Source: an uncultured Candidatus Saccharibacteria bacterium (GTDB lineage: Bacteria > Patescibacteriota > UBA1384 > JAMDBS01 > CAYSHH01). From it: DNA of 45,879 nt. The stretch spans positions 1 through 45,879 of the forward strand of contig CAYSHH010000007.1 in NCBI GenBank assembly GCA_964430945.1, given 5' to 3'. Made by a program: the position numbers and the translations under genes. Every line of letters starts with the position of its first letter. The stretch's first letter is position 1. Below are positions 45,755 through 45,879 of the stretch, piece by piece. The notes under the pieces were generated by a model. It had not been told where the DNA came from, did not search any database, and saw nothing but the letters and a program-made list of their open reading frames with translations.

Positions 45755-45879
45755 AAACAGGTGAAGCTGAGTCTAGCATTTAATTTCTCAAATCAATAAA
45801 AGTATATTTCATTGTAAAAAAATATTATACTAGATTGTTGCAGTATATAAAAAATCATTAATTAATAAAATTATATAAA

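Overview
AT-rich bacterial chromosome segment using genetic code 11 (TGA serves as a stop, e.g. comM). Gene content and order (yvcK-miaA-comM, secG plus orphan SBP, rpsA, MBL-DHH, slt-short alaS, ftsA-like/baseplate-J-like/ruvX/mltG, mreBCD-pbp2, greA-lysS-serS, hpf-secA, PilX-like pilin) point by inference to a Patescibacteria/CPR genome. About 50 CDS and 7 tRNA genes were found; no rRNA or CRISPR array. Several small accessory inserts interrupt the housekeeping backbone. The clearest structural signal is a RAYT/TnpA(REP) HUH nuclease gene (28648-29316) bracketed by two 51-nt REPIN-like doublets with compensatory substitutions, inside a cassette of secreted or lipoprotein genes. Other notable items: a tRNA-Gly whose acceptor stem is extended by a perfect 13-bp flanking inverted repeat, an RHH-nucleotidyltransferase fusion, an ftsZ-unlinked FtsA-like/bitopic-protein/MltG module, an orphan Cys-rich operon with an operator-wrapped promoter and a GC-rich structured 3' element, and a possible attenuator in the greA leader. 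All product calls rest on motif recognition by eye; no database searches were run.
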